Shown: positions 26,025 to 34,419 of the stretch, one piece after another | How the letters are laid out: each line of letters opens with the position of its first letter | Position numbering within the stretch: position 1 is the first letter of the stretch | Assembly: GCA_019247455.1 (NCBI GenBank) | Contig: JAFAOW010000173.1 | Span: 191-64,190, forward strand | Reading direction: 5' to 3' | DNA from: Acidobacteriota bacterium | Lineage (GTDB): Bacteria > Acidobacteriota > Blastocatellia > Pyrinomonadales > Pyrinomonadaceae | Length of the DNA stretch: 64,000 nt | Translations under genes and position numbers: made by a program | The notes under the pieces: model-generated | Databases searched by the model: none | Seen by the model: only the letters and a program-made list of their open reading frames with translations | Told to the model about the DNA's origin: nothing

Positions 26025-26530
26025 TATCCTATCCGTAGCTTTTCAGGCGGGAGCATTGCGGGCATCCCTTTGTGCTGAAAGCATCTAACATTGCCCTTGA
26101 CCCGGCGCGTACACGGCGTACCTTTCTTCGTCTCGGCTCCGCAATAGTAAGCGACCTCACCGGTTTCCAGCTTCGGCTTCACCGCTGAATTCGCTGGTAC
26201 GGAAGCAAGTGCCCGCGTCTGCGGGATATTTTCCGCCGCCACAGTCGGCGGCTGAGCTGCTGGTGACGCGGGCGGCGCAGCGTGCTGCACCGCTTTGGCC
26301 TGCGTCTGCTGGACGATCGGCGCGTCCGTGGGCGGCCCATTGCGCAGCAGGCTACCGAGCCCGAATATCCCTAGAACGACCCCGCCCGTGACTATTGCAC
26401 GCGGGATGAGGTCATGCCCCTTGAATTCGCTCTCGCAAACCTGACAGAATCGCCTGCTGGTGAAAATTCCCCAGTCAGTTCGCTCTATCCTCTCTCCGCA
26501 ATTTGCACAAAAAGAAGGTCGAAAGAACAT
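26024..26530 (-). CDS. zinc-ribbon membrane protein
   Basis: N-terminal CxxC...CxxC (FCANCGERI...FCQVCESEF), TM helix AIVTGGVVLGIFGLGSLL, an A/P-rich linker, and a C-terminal Cys/His cluster YYCGAETKKGTPCTRRVKGNVRCFQHKG. The stop overlaps the kinase start by 1 nt. Confidence 0.7.
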   Translation of the reverse strand: MFFRPSFCANCGERIERTDWGIFTSRRFCQVCESEFKGHDLIPRAIVTGGVVLGIFGLGSLLRNGPPTDAPIVQQTQAKAVQHAAPPASPAAQPPTVAAENIPQTRALASVPANSAVKPKLETGEVAYYCGAETKKGTPCTRRVKGNVRCFQHKGMPAMLPPEKLRIG

Positions 26531-26710
26531 TACTAGTTCCGCGCCTGAATTGCCGGCTTGGGAACATTGATACGGCCGGCAACTTCGATTGTTCGCGTCT
26601 TTATCGAAGGATTATAAACCATAAGTGCAAATATGTTAAGGATTTCTGGTTAACCCCGGCTATACAACCGCTCTTCGCCAAACGGCGTCAAATTGCTAAC
26701 ATTTTTCTTT

Positions 26711-27703
26711 ATGTCATCCGGCAAAACCATCCTTCTACTTGCGTTGTCTTTTCTCTTTGCCGCCCCGCTCCTGGCACAAGGTGATGACGATCCCATCAAA
26801 GTCGATTCTTCCATCGTCAGGCTCAATGTCGGGGTCGTTGATCAGCGTGGTCATCCCATCACGACGCTCAACCGCAGCAATTTCGACGTCTATGAAGATA
26901 ACGTTAGGCAGGAAATAACTCGATTTGAGCCCACGGAGGCACCGTTCAGTGTGGTACTCATGCTCGATATGAGCGGATCGACGCTTAGTTTCCGCCCGGT
27001 GATCAAGCAGTCGGCCATGCGGTTTCTTGATGCCCTCTCCCCTGATGATCGCGTCGCTGTGGTCGAGTTTTACGACAAGATCAATCTTCGCAATGATTTC
27101 ACGACTGATCGAAAGACCATCCTAAATTCGATACAGGTCTCTAACGGTCGCGGTAAGACCGATCTTTACGGAGCACTCAATTTCTCGCTGGATAAGCTCT
27201 CCAGAGAAAAGAGCCGCCGAAAGGCGATCATCGTACTTACTGATGGGATCGACACCGGCATAAAGGACAAAGATCGTGATGCGTTGGCGAAACTGACCGA
27301 CGATCAGGTTCCAAACGCGATCAAACCTGAGGCTAACGAAGTTCTGAACGCCTTTCTGAATCGGGCGGATGCTCAGGGCGTGACCGTCTACCCGCTTGCC
27401 CTGCCAACCGGCGACCCTGACAAACTCGCCGATCCTACACCTCGCCAGATCGCGATGTTCAAAGCCGCCCGCCAGCGCCTGCAGATCGTGGCCGATCGCA
27501 CCGGGGGAAGACTTAATACGATCAATCGTCTCGAGGAAATGGGCCGTTTGTACGCTGAGGTCGCAGCGGATCTTCGCACTCTTTATACCGTCGAATACAC
27601 GCCTACCAACGCAAAGCGCGACGGCAAATGGCGCTCGATCCGGATCGACGTCCGCAATCCCGACCTGATCTCTCGAACCCGGCAGGGCTACTTCGCCAAG
27701 TAG
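26711..27703 (+). CDS. secreted VWA domain protein of the acidobacterial type
   Basis: Signal peptide MSSGKTILLLALSFLFAAPLLAQ, an N-terminal beta domain (VRLNVGVVDQRGHPI...FDVYEDNVRQEI), a MIDAS-like LDMSGST, and a C-terminal YTVEYTPTNAKRDGKWRSIRIDVRNPDLISRTRQGYFA. This resembles the family I recall as TIGR03436. A TTG at 26693 is an alternative start. Confidence 0.8.
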   Translation: MSSGKTILLLALSFLFAAPLLAQGDDDPIKVDSSIVRLNVGVVDQRGHPITTLNRSNFDVYEDNVRQEITRFEPTEAPFSVVLMLDMSGSTLSFRPVIKQSAMRFLDALSPDDRVAVVEFYDKINLRNDFTTDRKTILNSIQVSNGRGKTDLYGALNFSLDKLSREKSRRKAIIVLTDGIDTGIKDKDRDALAKLTDDQVPNAIKPEANEVLNAFLNRADAQGVTVYPLALPTGDPDKLADPTPRQIAMFKAARQRLQIVADRTGGRLNTINRLEEMGRLYAEVAADLRTLYTVEYTPTNAKRDGKWRSIRIDVRNPDLISRTRQGYFAK

Positions 27704-27707
27704 ATAC

Positions 27708-28103
27708 CTACCAGGTGCCAAATTCTAGACGGCCGAGGCTTAGCGCAGCCTTGCCGCATGGTATGGCCTTTGAGTAGTTCCTCGAAGTCCGCCGGTAGCC
27801 GCCCGTCCCGATAAACTTGACCGTGATCTTGCCGGTTCCACCGCAAGCCACGCTCCCGAAAGTCATGCCTCCTCTGGAATTGGTGGCCCGAGCTGAGTAA
27901 GAATGGCCGTTGATGATCAATGTCGCGACGACATCTTCGCGCCCCGTCGTCATCCATGAATGGTCCCAGTCGCGGTAGATGCCCGCGTTGAAAGTGACCT
28001 TCGTCGTTCGCTGACCATAACCAGCAGCCGCCGACACCGCGACAATGGCAAGGATCGGTAACACTCGCGTTATCGAAGATCGCCTGAATGTGAAAATACA
28101 CAT
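27708..28103 (-). CDS. small secreted protein, unknown function
   Basis: RBS GGAGGAGAG lies upstream of the ATG at 28103. The signal-like N-terminus is ITRVLPILAIVAVSAAAGYGQ and the remainder is beta-rich. The overlapping alternative frame (27688-28101) is Arg-rich and looks like nonsense. Confidence 0.6.
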   Translation of the reverse strand: MCIFTFRRSSITRVLPILAIVAVSAAAGYGQRTTKVTFNAGIYRDWDHSWMTTGREDVVATLIINGHSYSARATNSRGGMTFGSVACGGTGKITVKFIGTGGYRRTSRNYSKAIPCGKAALSLGRLEFGTW

Positions 28104-28180
28104 ACTATATCTCTCCTCCGCTCATAAATTGGCTTCGGGGACGATAATACACCGAACGGCTGCCTCGCGAATGAAGAAAC

Positions 28181-28209
28181 TTGACACCCCTCGCCTCCCT
28201 TTGTAGTCT
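28181..28209 (+). promoter_or_regulatory. sigma-70-type promoter candidate for tRNA-Arg
   Basis: TTGACA (28181-28186), a 17-nt spacer, then TAGTCT (28204-28209), ending 17 nt before the tRNA 5' end. Confidence 0.45.
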
Positions 28210-28225
28210 AGCTATTCGCTTTTGT

Positions 28226-28302
28226 GCACCCGTAGCTCAGCTGGATAGAGTGCTTGACTACGAATCAAGAGGTCGCATGTTCGAATCATGCCGGGTGTAC
28301 CA
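28226..28302 (+). tRNA. tRNA-Arg (anticodon ACG)
   Basis: It folds by hand into a cloverleaf. The acceptor is GCACCCG/CGGGTGT (G1-U72 wobble), the D-arm is TAGCTCAGCTGGATAGAG, the anticodon stem CTTGA/TCAAG carries loop CTACGAA (anticodon ACG), and the T-arm is GCATGTTCGAATCATGC. Discriminator A and CCA are encoded. Confidence 0.93.
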
Positions 28303-28314
28303 TTTAGGTTTGAC

Positions 28315-28343
28315 AAAACGGCCGAAAGAGGCCGTTTTTGTTT
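28315..28343 (+). terminator. rho-independent terminator after tRNA-Arg
   Basis: AAAACGGCC-gaaaga-GGCCGTTTT followed by TGTTT. Confidence 0.75.
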
Positions 28344-28433
28344 CGAGGGCCGCCCGTCATTTCTCCTGCATAAATTCCTTGCCTTTTTGCGAACTTGCAA
28401 TAAACTCAGTTCAGGTACAGGAGGACTATTTGT

Positions 28434-30314
28434 ATGCGGCGGTCTCGATTCCCGGGTGTATTGATTTTCTTGTTTCTGGCCGGCTCCTCCTTCGTCACGG
28501 TCTTTGCTCAAAAGCCTCTTCCGATCGGCGCGCAGATCAGCTGTGCCGCTCTAAAGCTCGAGTATGAGGCGGCCATTAAGGCGGGCGACGGCGCACTCGT
28601 GAATAAGATCGGTCAGCAGATGACCGAGATGGGCTGTTACGACCCTCCGAAACCGATTCCCTCCCCGACGCCGATCAGTTACTACGTCGGGACACCTCAA
28701 ACGATACCGTACAGCATCAACGGGCCGGGCGAGGGGCAATCTGCTGTTTTGCCCCCTGGTAAGAACAGCGCCTGCAAGAATGGCGCGCTTCTGGCGAGCA
28801 ACGACTACAACCTCGGCAATGGCAGTCCTTTGGTCATATCGCGCGACCTTTCGGGAAAGGCGCCTGACGTTGTATCAAAGTTCGATGATCCCCCGGACAT
28901 CGGAAATTATTTCTATGGCACGAACGATCACGATCTGATCGCGATGGGTGACGGCTCGGTGCTCTTTATTACGGGCGCATTCACAAAAGCGCCGTTATCA
29001 CCTAAACCCGCGTGGTTCGATTACGCATATCGCCACCTCGTGCAGAAGGATCCGACGGTGGGATTTGGCCCCGGGGCTCGGTCGAACCTCCTTGTCTGGC
29101 GGTCCATAGACTGCGGGGCGAAGTTCAGCTTCGTAACCGAAATGGACCCGGCCCTTTACGAGGATGGCTCATGCGCCTATCCTCAAGGCTCTCTTGATAG
29201 TTTCGGTCATTACGATATGGGCGGGTCGGACGGCCAGCTCGCGCTGCGCGATCCCGCTACCGATAAGCTTTACATTACCTTTCGTTGTGTTGGACGGGAG
29301 ATCACGACAAAAAACGGCAAGTTTGCCTTGTCAGACACCGCTCTTGATAAGACCCTGGTCTTCTATTCAGGGGACCGGGGCAGCAACTGGAGCAGCATGG
29401 GGTTTATTAACGGCGCCAATTGGTGGAGATTTGGCATCCTCCCGCTAAAGGACCGTGTAGCATTTGGATTCCAGAACAATGTTGTGTTCGGTACTCAATT
29501 CGGCCAGAAGCTGTCCTTTGGCAAGGCGCAGCCAATGAACGGAAGTTCCGGCGGCTTCAATTGGAAACCTTATCCGTTCAATCCTTCCCCATCACCGGAC
29601 ACATATATATTTGCCAATGTTTGGGCTAACACCTTGATCACGCGAGCAGGTGAATCTCAGGGGATCTTATTTGCCTATCCGACGATCGTAGGTTCCGGGT
29701 CGAATGCGACTAACGGCTACAGCCTTTTCTTTCACGACCCCTCTGCTAGCGGTAAATACTCTGAGTTGACGACCATTACACCTTTGTCAAAGTCACCTAG
29801 CAGCTACGTCATGAATATCACAGCTATCGATCTCGGCACTGGCCCAGTGCTGCTTTATTGGCTGGATGTGAATGCATCGACCCACGTGGGAAGGGTTCGC
29901 GGCAGGGTCATTCTCGACCTCGGCACTTACTCGCCGGACTTCGACATTACCGGCGATATTGACCTAACCAAAGGCGGCGTAGGTCGATTTTATGGTGACT
30001 ACCACACGGCTGGAGGATACGTATCTCGGCGCGGATCGCCCCTTCTACTTGGCAAGGAGTACTACTATTTTTATCCCATATGGGATGACGGCACGGATGG
30101 AACTCACTATGCGCAGGTCCGTGTGTCCGTCGGACTCAATCCGAGCGAAGGGCTTTCGGCCAAATCGCTCAACGTCATCAAGGCACCGGCAGGGTCATGG
30201 AAGCCAACGCCTCCTCCCGTTGATCTGATCACATTCAAAGGAAAGCTGCCAAGGATGCGAGATCGCGGCGACGAAAAAAGACGGACACTCGTACCGGTCA
30301 ACAGGCGCCAGTGA
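28434..30314 (+). CDS. secreted protein with BNR/Asp-box motif (sialidase-like beta-propeller candidate)
   Basis: RBS AGGAGGA. Signal peptide MRRSRFPGVLIFLFLAGSSFVTVFAQ. YSGDRGSNWSS matches the Asp-box S-x-D-x-G-x-x-W. The body is long and beta-rich. No other motif was recognised. Confidence 0.6.
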   Translation: MRRSRFPGVLIFLFLAGSSFVTVFAQKPLPIGAQISCAALKLEYEAAIKAGDGALVNKIGQQMTEMGCYDPPKPIPSPTPISYYVGTPQTIPYSINGPGEGQSAVLPPGKNSACKNGALLASNDYNLGNGSPLVISRDLSGKAPDVVSKFDDPPDIGNYFYGTNDHDLIAMGDGSVLFITGAFTKAPLSPKPAWFDYAYRHLVQKDPTVGFGPGARSNLLVWRSIDCGAKFSFVTEMDPALYEDGSCAYPQGSLDSFGHYDMGGSDGQLALRDPATDKLYITFRCVGREITTKNGKFALSDTALDKTLVFYSGDRGSNWSSMGFINGANWWRFGILPLKDRVAFGFQNNVVFGTQFGQKLSFGKAQPMNGSSGGFNWKPYPFNPSPSPDTYIFANVWANTLITRAGESQGILFAYPTIVGSGSNATNGYSLFFHDPSASGKYSELTTITPLSKSPSSYVMNITAIDLGTGPVLLYWLDVNASTHVGRVRGRVILDLGTYSPDFDITGDIDLTKGGVGRFYGDYHTAGGYVSRRGSPLLLGKEYYYFYPIWDDGTDGTHYAQVRVSVGLNPSEGLSAKSLNVIKAPAGSWKPTPPPVDLITFKGKLPRMRDRGDEKRRTLVPVNRRQ

Positions 30315-30391
30315 TAAATTGTCGGTGAGGATGATCTGACCTCAACATTAACGATCATCCCCGCCTTCTTAGAACTCACAATCGGGTCATC

Positions 30392-30595
30392 CTAGTTCGA
30401 TGGGCTCAATTTTTGGAGCGCCTCTTTTTGCGCTTTGGCTTTTTTCTCATCATCGCCGGCGCTTTTCTTGTTCTTTTCGAGATCGTCTTTCATAGAGTCC
30501 GGCACCGGCTGCTTGTTCTTTTCCAGCGACTTAATGTCGTCCTCTAACCTCTTTGCCTCGTCGCTATGAGCTTTTTCGAGCTCTTTTTGAAGCAA
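30392..30595 (-). CDS. small Lys/Glu/Asp-rich coiled-coil ORF (doubtful gene)
   Basis: 67 codons starting from a TTG. The same frame stays open upstream to 30778 without any ATG or GTG, and the encoded sequence is low-complexity (KAHSDEAKRLEDDIKSLEKNK...). Confidence 0.3.
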   Translation of the reverse strand: MLQKELEKAHSDEAKRLEDDIKSLEKNKQPVPDSMKDDLEKNKKSAGDDEKKAKAQKEALQKLSPSN

Positions 30596-30904
30596 AGGCC
30601 TTGCGTCATCAGCGGGTATCTTTGAAGATTTTTGGAGGTCTGCGTCTGCCGCTTTTGCGTCATTTGCGTCATTCGCGGCTTCGATCTCCGCCGCCTGCGC
30701 CTCATTCTCGGCGGATTCGGCCTCGGCACCCTTCTTATTGGCCTCCGCCCGTTTTGTGTCGGCATCGGAAGATTTGAGTCAGATCTATGCGTTCAAACTA
30801 GCACCGTTCGACCTTAAGAACGACGATCATTTCTTCTTCGCAGAGGAGCAAATTTGGTCCGCAACCCATAACGGAATAAACTTCATCTACAATCCCTTAG
30901 GAGT

Positions 30905-33037
30905 ATGAGAATGCCCAAACTATTGTTCCTCAGTATGCTGATGGCGATGATCGCCGTCGGCTCAATATTTATGACACGTCTCAATGTTTCCGCCGCGTCG
31001 GCTGAAAGTAATCCGCTGACGGCAAAATGGACGGGCCCATATGGTGGCCTGCCGCCTTTTGACAAGGTTAAGGTCACCGACTTTAAGCCCGCGCTGGAGG
31101 AAGCAATGGCCGAGCATCTGAAAGAGATCGACGCGATTGCCAACAACCCCGCCTCCCCTACCTTTGAAAACACGTTTGTCCCCCTCGAGAAGGCGGGCTC
31201 AATGCTCGGCCGGGTCGGGATCATCTTCAACATCTGGGGTGCGAACATGAACACTCCTGAGTTTTCCAAGGTTGATGAAGAGATGCAGCCGAGACTTGCT
31301 GCTCACCAAGACCAGATCACGCAGAACGCAGCTCTCTTCAAACGCATCGAGGCAGTTTACAATTCGCCCGATAAGAAGAAACTCACAGCGGAGCAGCAGC
31401 GCCTGGTGTGGCTGTATTACACGAATTTTGTACATGCTGGTGCGCTGCTTGACCCTGCGAAGAAGGCACGCCTTTCTGAGATCAACCAGCAGCTTGCGCA
31501 GCTCTTCTCGAAATTCAACCAGAATCTTCTCGCCGACGAAGGCGGTAAGTGGGTGCTGATCGATAAGGAATCTGACCTCGCCGGGCTTCCGCAGTCGATC
31601 CGTGATGCCGCTGCCGAGGCTGCTAGGTCCAAAAATCTTGCCGGTTGGATGATCCGCAACACGCGTTCTTCCGTCGATCCGTTCCTGACCTATTCAGATA
31701 ACCGCGGGTTGCGTGAAAAGGTGTGGCGGATGTTCATCATGCGCGGCGACAACGGCGACGCGAATGACAACAAGGGTCTGATCGTTCAAATCCTAAAGCT
31801 TCGCGCGGAACGCGCCCATCTCTTCGGACTGGCGACGCATGCCCACTGGATCCTGCAGCAGAGCATGGCGCAGACTCCTGAAGCGACGATGAAGCTCATG
31901 GAAAGCGTATGGCCGGCCGCGACTGCCCGCGTTCACGAGGAAGTTGCCGATATGCAGGCCCTTGCCGATAAAGAGAAGGCCGGTATCAAGATCGAGCCGT
32001 GGGACTATCGCTATTACATGGAGAAGGTACGCAAAGCAAAGTATGACCTCGATCAGAACGAGATCAAGCCGTACCTGCAGCTCGACAAAATGCGGGAAGC
32101 GATGTTTTGGGTGGCAGGTCAGCTCTTTGGCTATCAATTCAAAAAGGTCGAGGGCGTTCCCGTGTTTGATCCGAATATGGTCGTTTATGAGGTCACCCGA
32201 AATGGGAAGCATGTGGGCCTATGGTACTTCGACCCCTACGCGCGTGACGGCAAGCAAAGCGGAGCATGGATGAATCAATATCGCAATCAGGACAAACTGA
32301 TGGGCGAAACGACGATCGTCTCTAATAACGCGAACTTTCTTAAAGGGAAGTCCGGCGAACCTGTGCTGATCTCGTGGGATGATGCGGACACGATGTTTCA
32401 CGAGTTTGGGCACGCGCTCCATGGCCTTTCATCGAACGTGACTTATCCGTCGCTTTCGGGTACCGCGGTTCCGACAGATTATGTCGAATTTCCGTCGCAG
32501 CTTCTCGAGCATTGGTTGTCGACGCCTGAGGTATTGCAGAAGTTTGCGGTCCACTACAAGACGGGCAAACCCATCCCGCAGGCCTTGGTTGACAAGATCA
32601 AGAAAGCCGCGACATTCAACCAGGGCTTTGCGACGACTGAGTACTTGGCTTCTGCCCTGGTTGATATGAAACTGCATCTTGCGGGCGACGCTAAGATCGA
32701 TCCGTCACAGTTCGAGAAAGACACGCTTGCCTCCCTCGGCATGCCGCACGAACTCGTCATGCGACATCGTACTCCCCAGTTCGGGCACATTTTCTCAAGT
32801 GACGGTTATTCGGCGGGTTACTACAGCTATCTATGGGCGGACACGCTAACAGCGGACGCGTTCGAAGCGTTCACTGAAGCGGGTGGCCCGTATGATAAAA
32901 AGGTGGCTGACCGCCTGTACAAATATGTCTTCTCGGTAGGTAATACTGTCGATCCGGCTGAAGCGTATCGCAGGTTTCGCGGCCACGACCCGGACACGAA
33001 AGCATTGATGCGTGATCGGGGATTCCCTGTCAAATAA
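30905..33037 (+). CDS. dcp: M3-family zinc metallopeptidase (peptidyl-dipeptidase Dcp / oligopeptidase A-like), secreted
   Basis: HEFGHALH zinc motif and a downstream EFPSQLLE block. The length (710 aa) and the N-terminal signal MPKLLFLSMLMAMIAVGSIFMTRLNVSAASA fit periplasmic Dcp. Confidence 0.88.
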   Translation: MRMPKLLFLSMLMAMIAVGSIFMTRLNVSAASAESNPLTAKWTGPYGGLPPFDKVKVTDFKPALEEAMAEHLKEIDAIANNPASPTFENTFVPLEKAGSMLGRVGIIFNIWGANMNTPEFSKVDEEMQPRLAAHQDQITQNAALFKRIEAVYNSPDKKKLTAEQQRLVWLYYTNFVHAGALLDPAKKARLSEINQQLAQLFSKFNQNLLADEGGKWVLIDKESDLAGLPQSIRDAAAEAARSKNLAGWMIRNTRSSVDPFLTYSDNRGLREKVWRMFIMRGDNGDANDNKGLIVQILKLRAERAHLFGLATHAHWILQQSMAQTPEATMKLMESVWPAATARVHEEVADMQALADKEKAGIKIEPWDYRYYMEKVRKAKYDLDQNEIKPYLQLDKMREAMFWVAGQLFGYQFKKVEGVPVFDPNMVVYEVTRNGKHVGLWYFDPYARDGKQSGAWMNQYRNQDKLMGETTIVSNNANFLKGKSGEPVLISWDDADTMFHEFGHALHGLSSNVTYPSLSGTAVPTDYVEFPSQLLEHWLSTPEVLQKFAVHYKTGKPIPQALVDKIKKAATFNQGFATTEYLASALVDMKLHLAGDAKIDPSQFEKDTLASLGMPHELVMRHRTPQFGHIFSSDGYSAGYYSYLWADTLTADAFEAFTEAGGPYDKKVADRLYKYVFSVGNTVDPAEAYRRFRGHDPDTKALMRDRGFPVK

Positions 33038-33040
33038 CAA

Positions 33041-33064
33041 AAGGGCGGCATGGCCGCCCTTTTT
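33041..33064. terminator. bidirectional terminator between convergent genes
   Basis: AAGGGCGGC-atg-GCCGCCCTT is a perfect 9-bp stem, flanked by A-run and T-run sequence on both sides. Confidence 0.75.
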
Positions 33065-34413
33065 CATATCTTGATTCCGAGGTTTCGCATTCTACGGTAC
33101 AAATGGCTGCGATCGACTCCCATTTCTTCTGCCGCCTTGGAGACGTTTCCCTCAAACTCGGCGAGCTTGTGCTGGATGAATTCACGTTGATAAGCGTCGG
33201 TCGCCTCCTTGAACGTCGGAAAGCGAAAACTGCTCGCGGGAATCTCGGCCGCGGCGTCGAGATCAGGCAGGTCGTTGTCGGAAATGGCCTGCTTTGCCAC
33301 CATTATCACCACGCGCTCGACTATATTCTTTAGTTCCCGTACGTTGCCGGGCCACAGATGAGAGCGAAGCCGGTCGAGAGCATCTTCCGTGAATTCTTTT
33401 TTGTGCTTGCCGTAGCCCGCCGAAAACCTCGTATTGAAATGATCGACCAGTGCCGGTATATCTTCGAGCCTTTCTCTCAGTGGCGGCACCTGGAAAGGGA
33501 TCACGTTCAGCCGATAAAAGAGGTCGGAGCGAAAGTCACCGTTATCGATCAGGCCGTCGAGCGGCTTGTTGGTAGCGGAGATCACGCGAACATCCACCGA
33601 TATCGGCGTGTTGCTCCCCACCGGTTCAAAACGCTGCTCTTCAAGTACCCTGAGCATCTTCGCCTGAACGCGAGCGGACATGTCGCCGATCTCATCTAAG
33701 AAGAGGGTACCTCCGTCGGCTATTTCGAACTTACCTTTTTTTGCCCGCGTTGCGCCAGAGAAAGCACCTTTCGTATGGCCAAAAAGCTCGGACTCGACCA
33801 GCTCCTCAGGAATCGCCGCGGAGTTGATCTCTACAAAGGGCTCATTTCTGCGTTTCGATTGAGCGTGGATCGCGCGAGCGACAAGTTCCTTGCCTGTCCC
33901 GCTCTCACCCGATATCAGGACGCGGCCGTCAGTCGGCGCAACTATCGATATCTGTTTACGCAGTGCTCTCATCGCGACCGAGTCGCCGACCATGACGTAC
34001 TGACCGGCAAGTTCTCTCTGCAGCTGGGCGTTCGCTAATTCGAGCTGCCGCTGGCGGATCGCATTCTTTACTGTTAATACGGTGCGGTCAAGGCTGAGGG
34101 GTTTCTCGATAAAGTCGAATGCTCCCAGCTTTGTGGATCTCACAGCGGTCTCTATGTTCCCGTGGCCGGATATCATTACAACGGCTGCGTCGCTGCCGGA
34201 GTTCTTTAATTCAGCAAGCGTATCGAGCCCGTCTATTCCTTCGCCAAGCCATATGTCCAGCAAGACACACGTGTAATGGCCCAACTCGACCTTGGCGAGG
34301 CATTCCTCCCCGGATGATGCGGTTTCGACGATGAATCCCTCATCCTCGAGCACGCCTCTGAGCGAGTCTCGGATGCCTCTCTCATCGTCGACGATCAGCA
34401 CTCGATTTGCCAT
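33064..34413 (-). CDS. sigma-54-dependent response regulator (NtrC/NtrX type: REC + AAA+ + Fis HTH)
   Basis: REC domain (VLIVDDERGIRDSL...LLDIWL), Walker A GESGTGKELVARAIH, GAFSGA (a variant of GAFTGA), Walker B LFLDEIGDM, and a C-terminal HTH AAEEMGVDRSHLYRRMRNLGI. Confidence 0.9.
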   Translation of the reverse strand: MANRVLIVDDERGIRDSLRGVLEDEGFIVETASSGEECLAKVELGHYTCVLLDIWLGEGIDGLDTLAELKNSGSDAAVVMISGHGNIETAVRSTKLGAFDFIEKPLSLDRTVLTVKNAIRQRQLELANAQLQRELAGQYVMVGDSVAMRALRKQISIVAPTDGRVLISGESGTGKELVARAIHAQSKRRNEPFVEINSAAIPEELVESELFGHTKGAFSGATRAKKGKFEIADGGTLFLDEIGDMSARVQAKMLRVLEEQRFEPVGSNTPISVDVRVISATNKPLDGLIDNGDFRSDLFYRLNVIPFQVPPLRERLEDIPALVDHFNTRFSAGYGKHKKEFTEDALDRLRSHLWPGNVRELKNIVERVVIMVAKQAISDNDLPDLDAAAEIPASSFRFPTFKEATDAYQREFIQHKLAEFEGNVSKAAEEMGVDRSHLYRRMRNLGIKI

Positions 34414-34419
34414 TCTTAT

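Noticed and set aside
27688-28101. A 137-aa alternative frame overlapping the small secreted protein gene.
   Set aside because: It has no signal peptide or RBS and an Arg/His/Asp-rich composition. The 27708-28103 frame has a strong RBS and a signal peptide.
28181-28567. ORFs of 128 aa (plus strand) and 99 aa (minus strand, 28212-28511) overlapping the tRNA region.
   Set aside because: They run straight through a well-folding tRNA-Arg and its terminator, so they are spurious.
30544-30765. A 73-aa minus-strand ORF (MPTQNGRRPIRRVPRPNPPRMRRRRRR...).
   Set aside because: It is extremely Arg/Pro-rich and is an alternative frame of the charged low-complexity region, so it looks like a frame artefact.
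28226-30800. A genomic island integrated at tRNA-Arg.
   Set aside because: There is no integrase, excisionase or transposase gene downstream. I did not see a direct repeat of the tRNA 3' end, though by-eye searching is not exhaustive.
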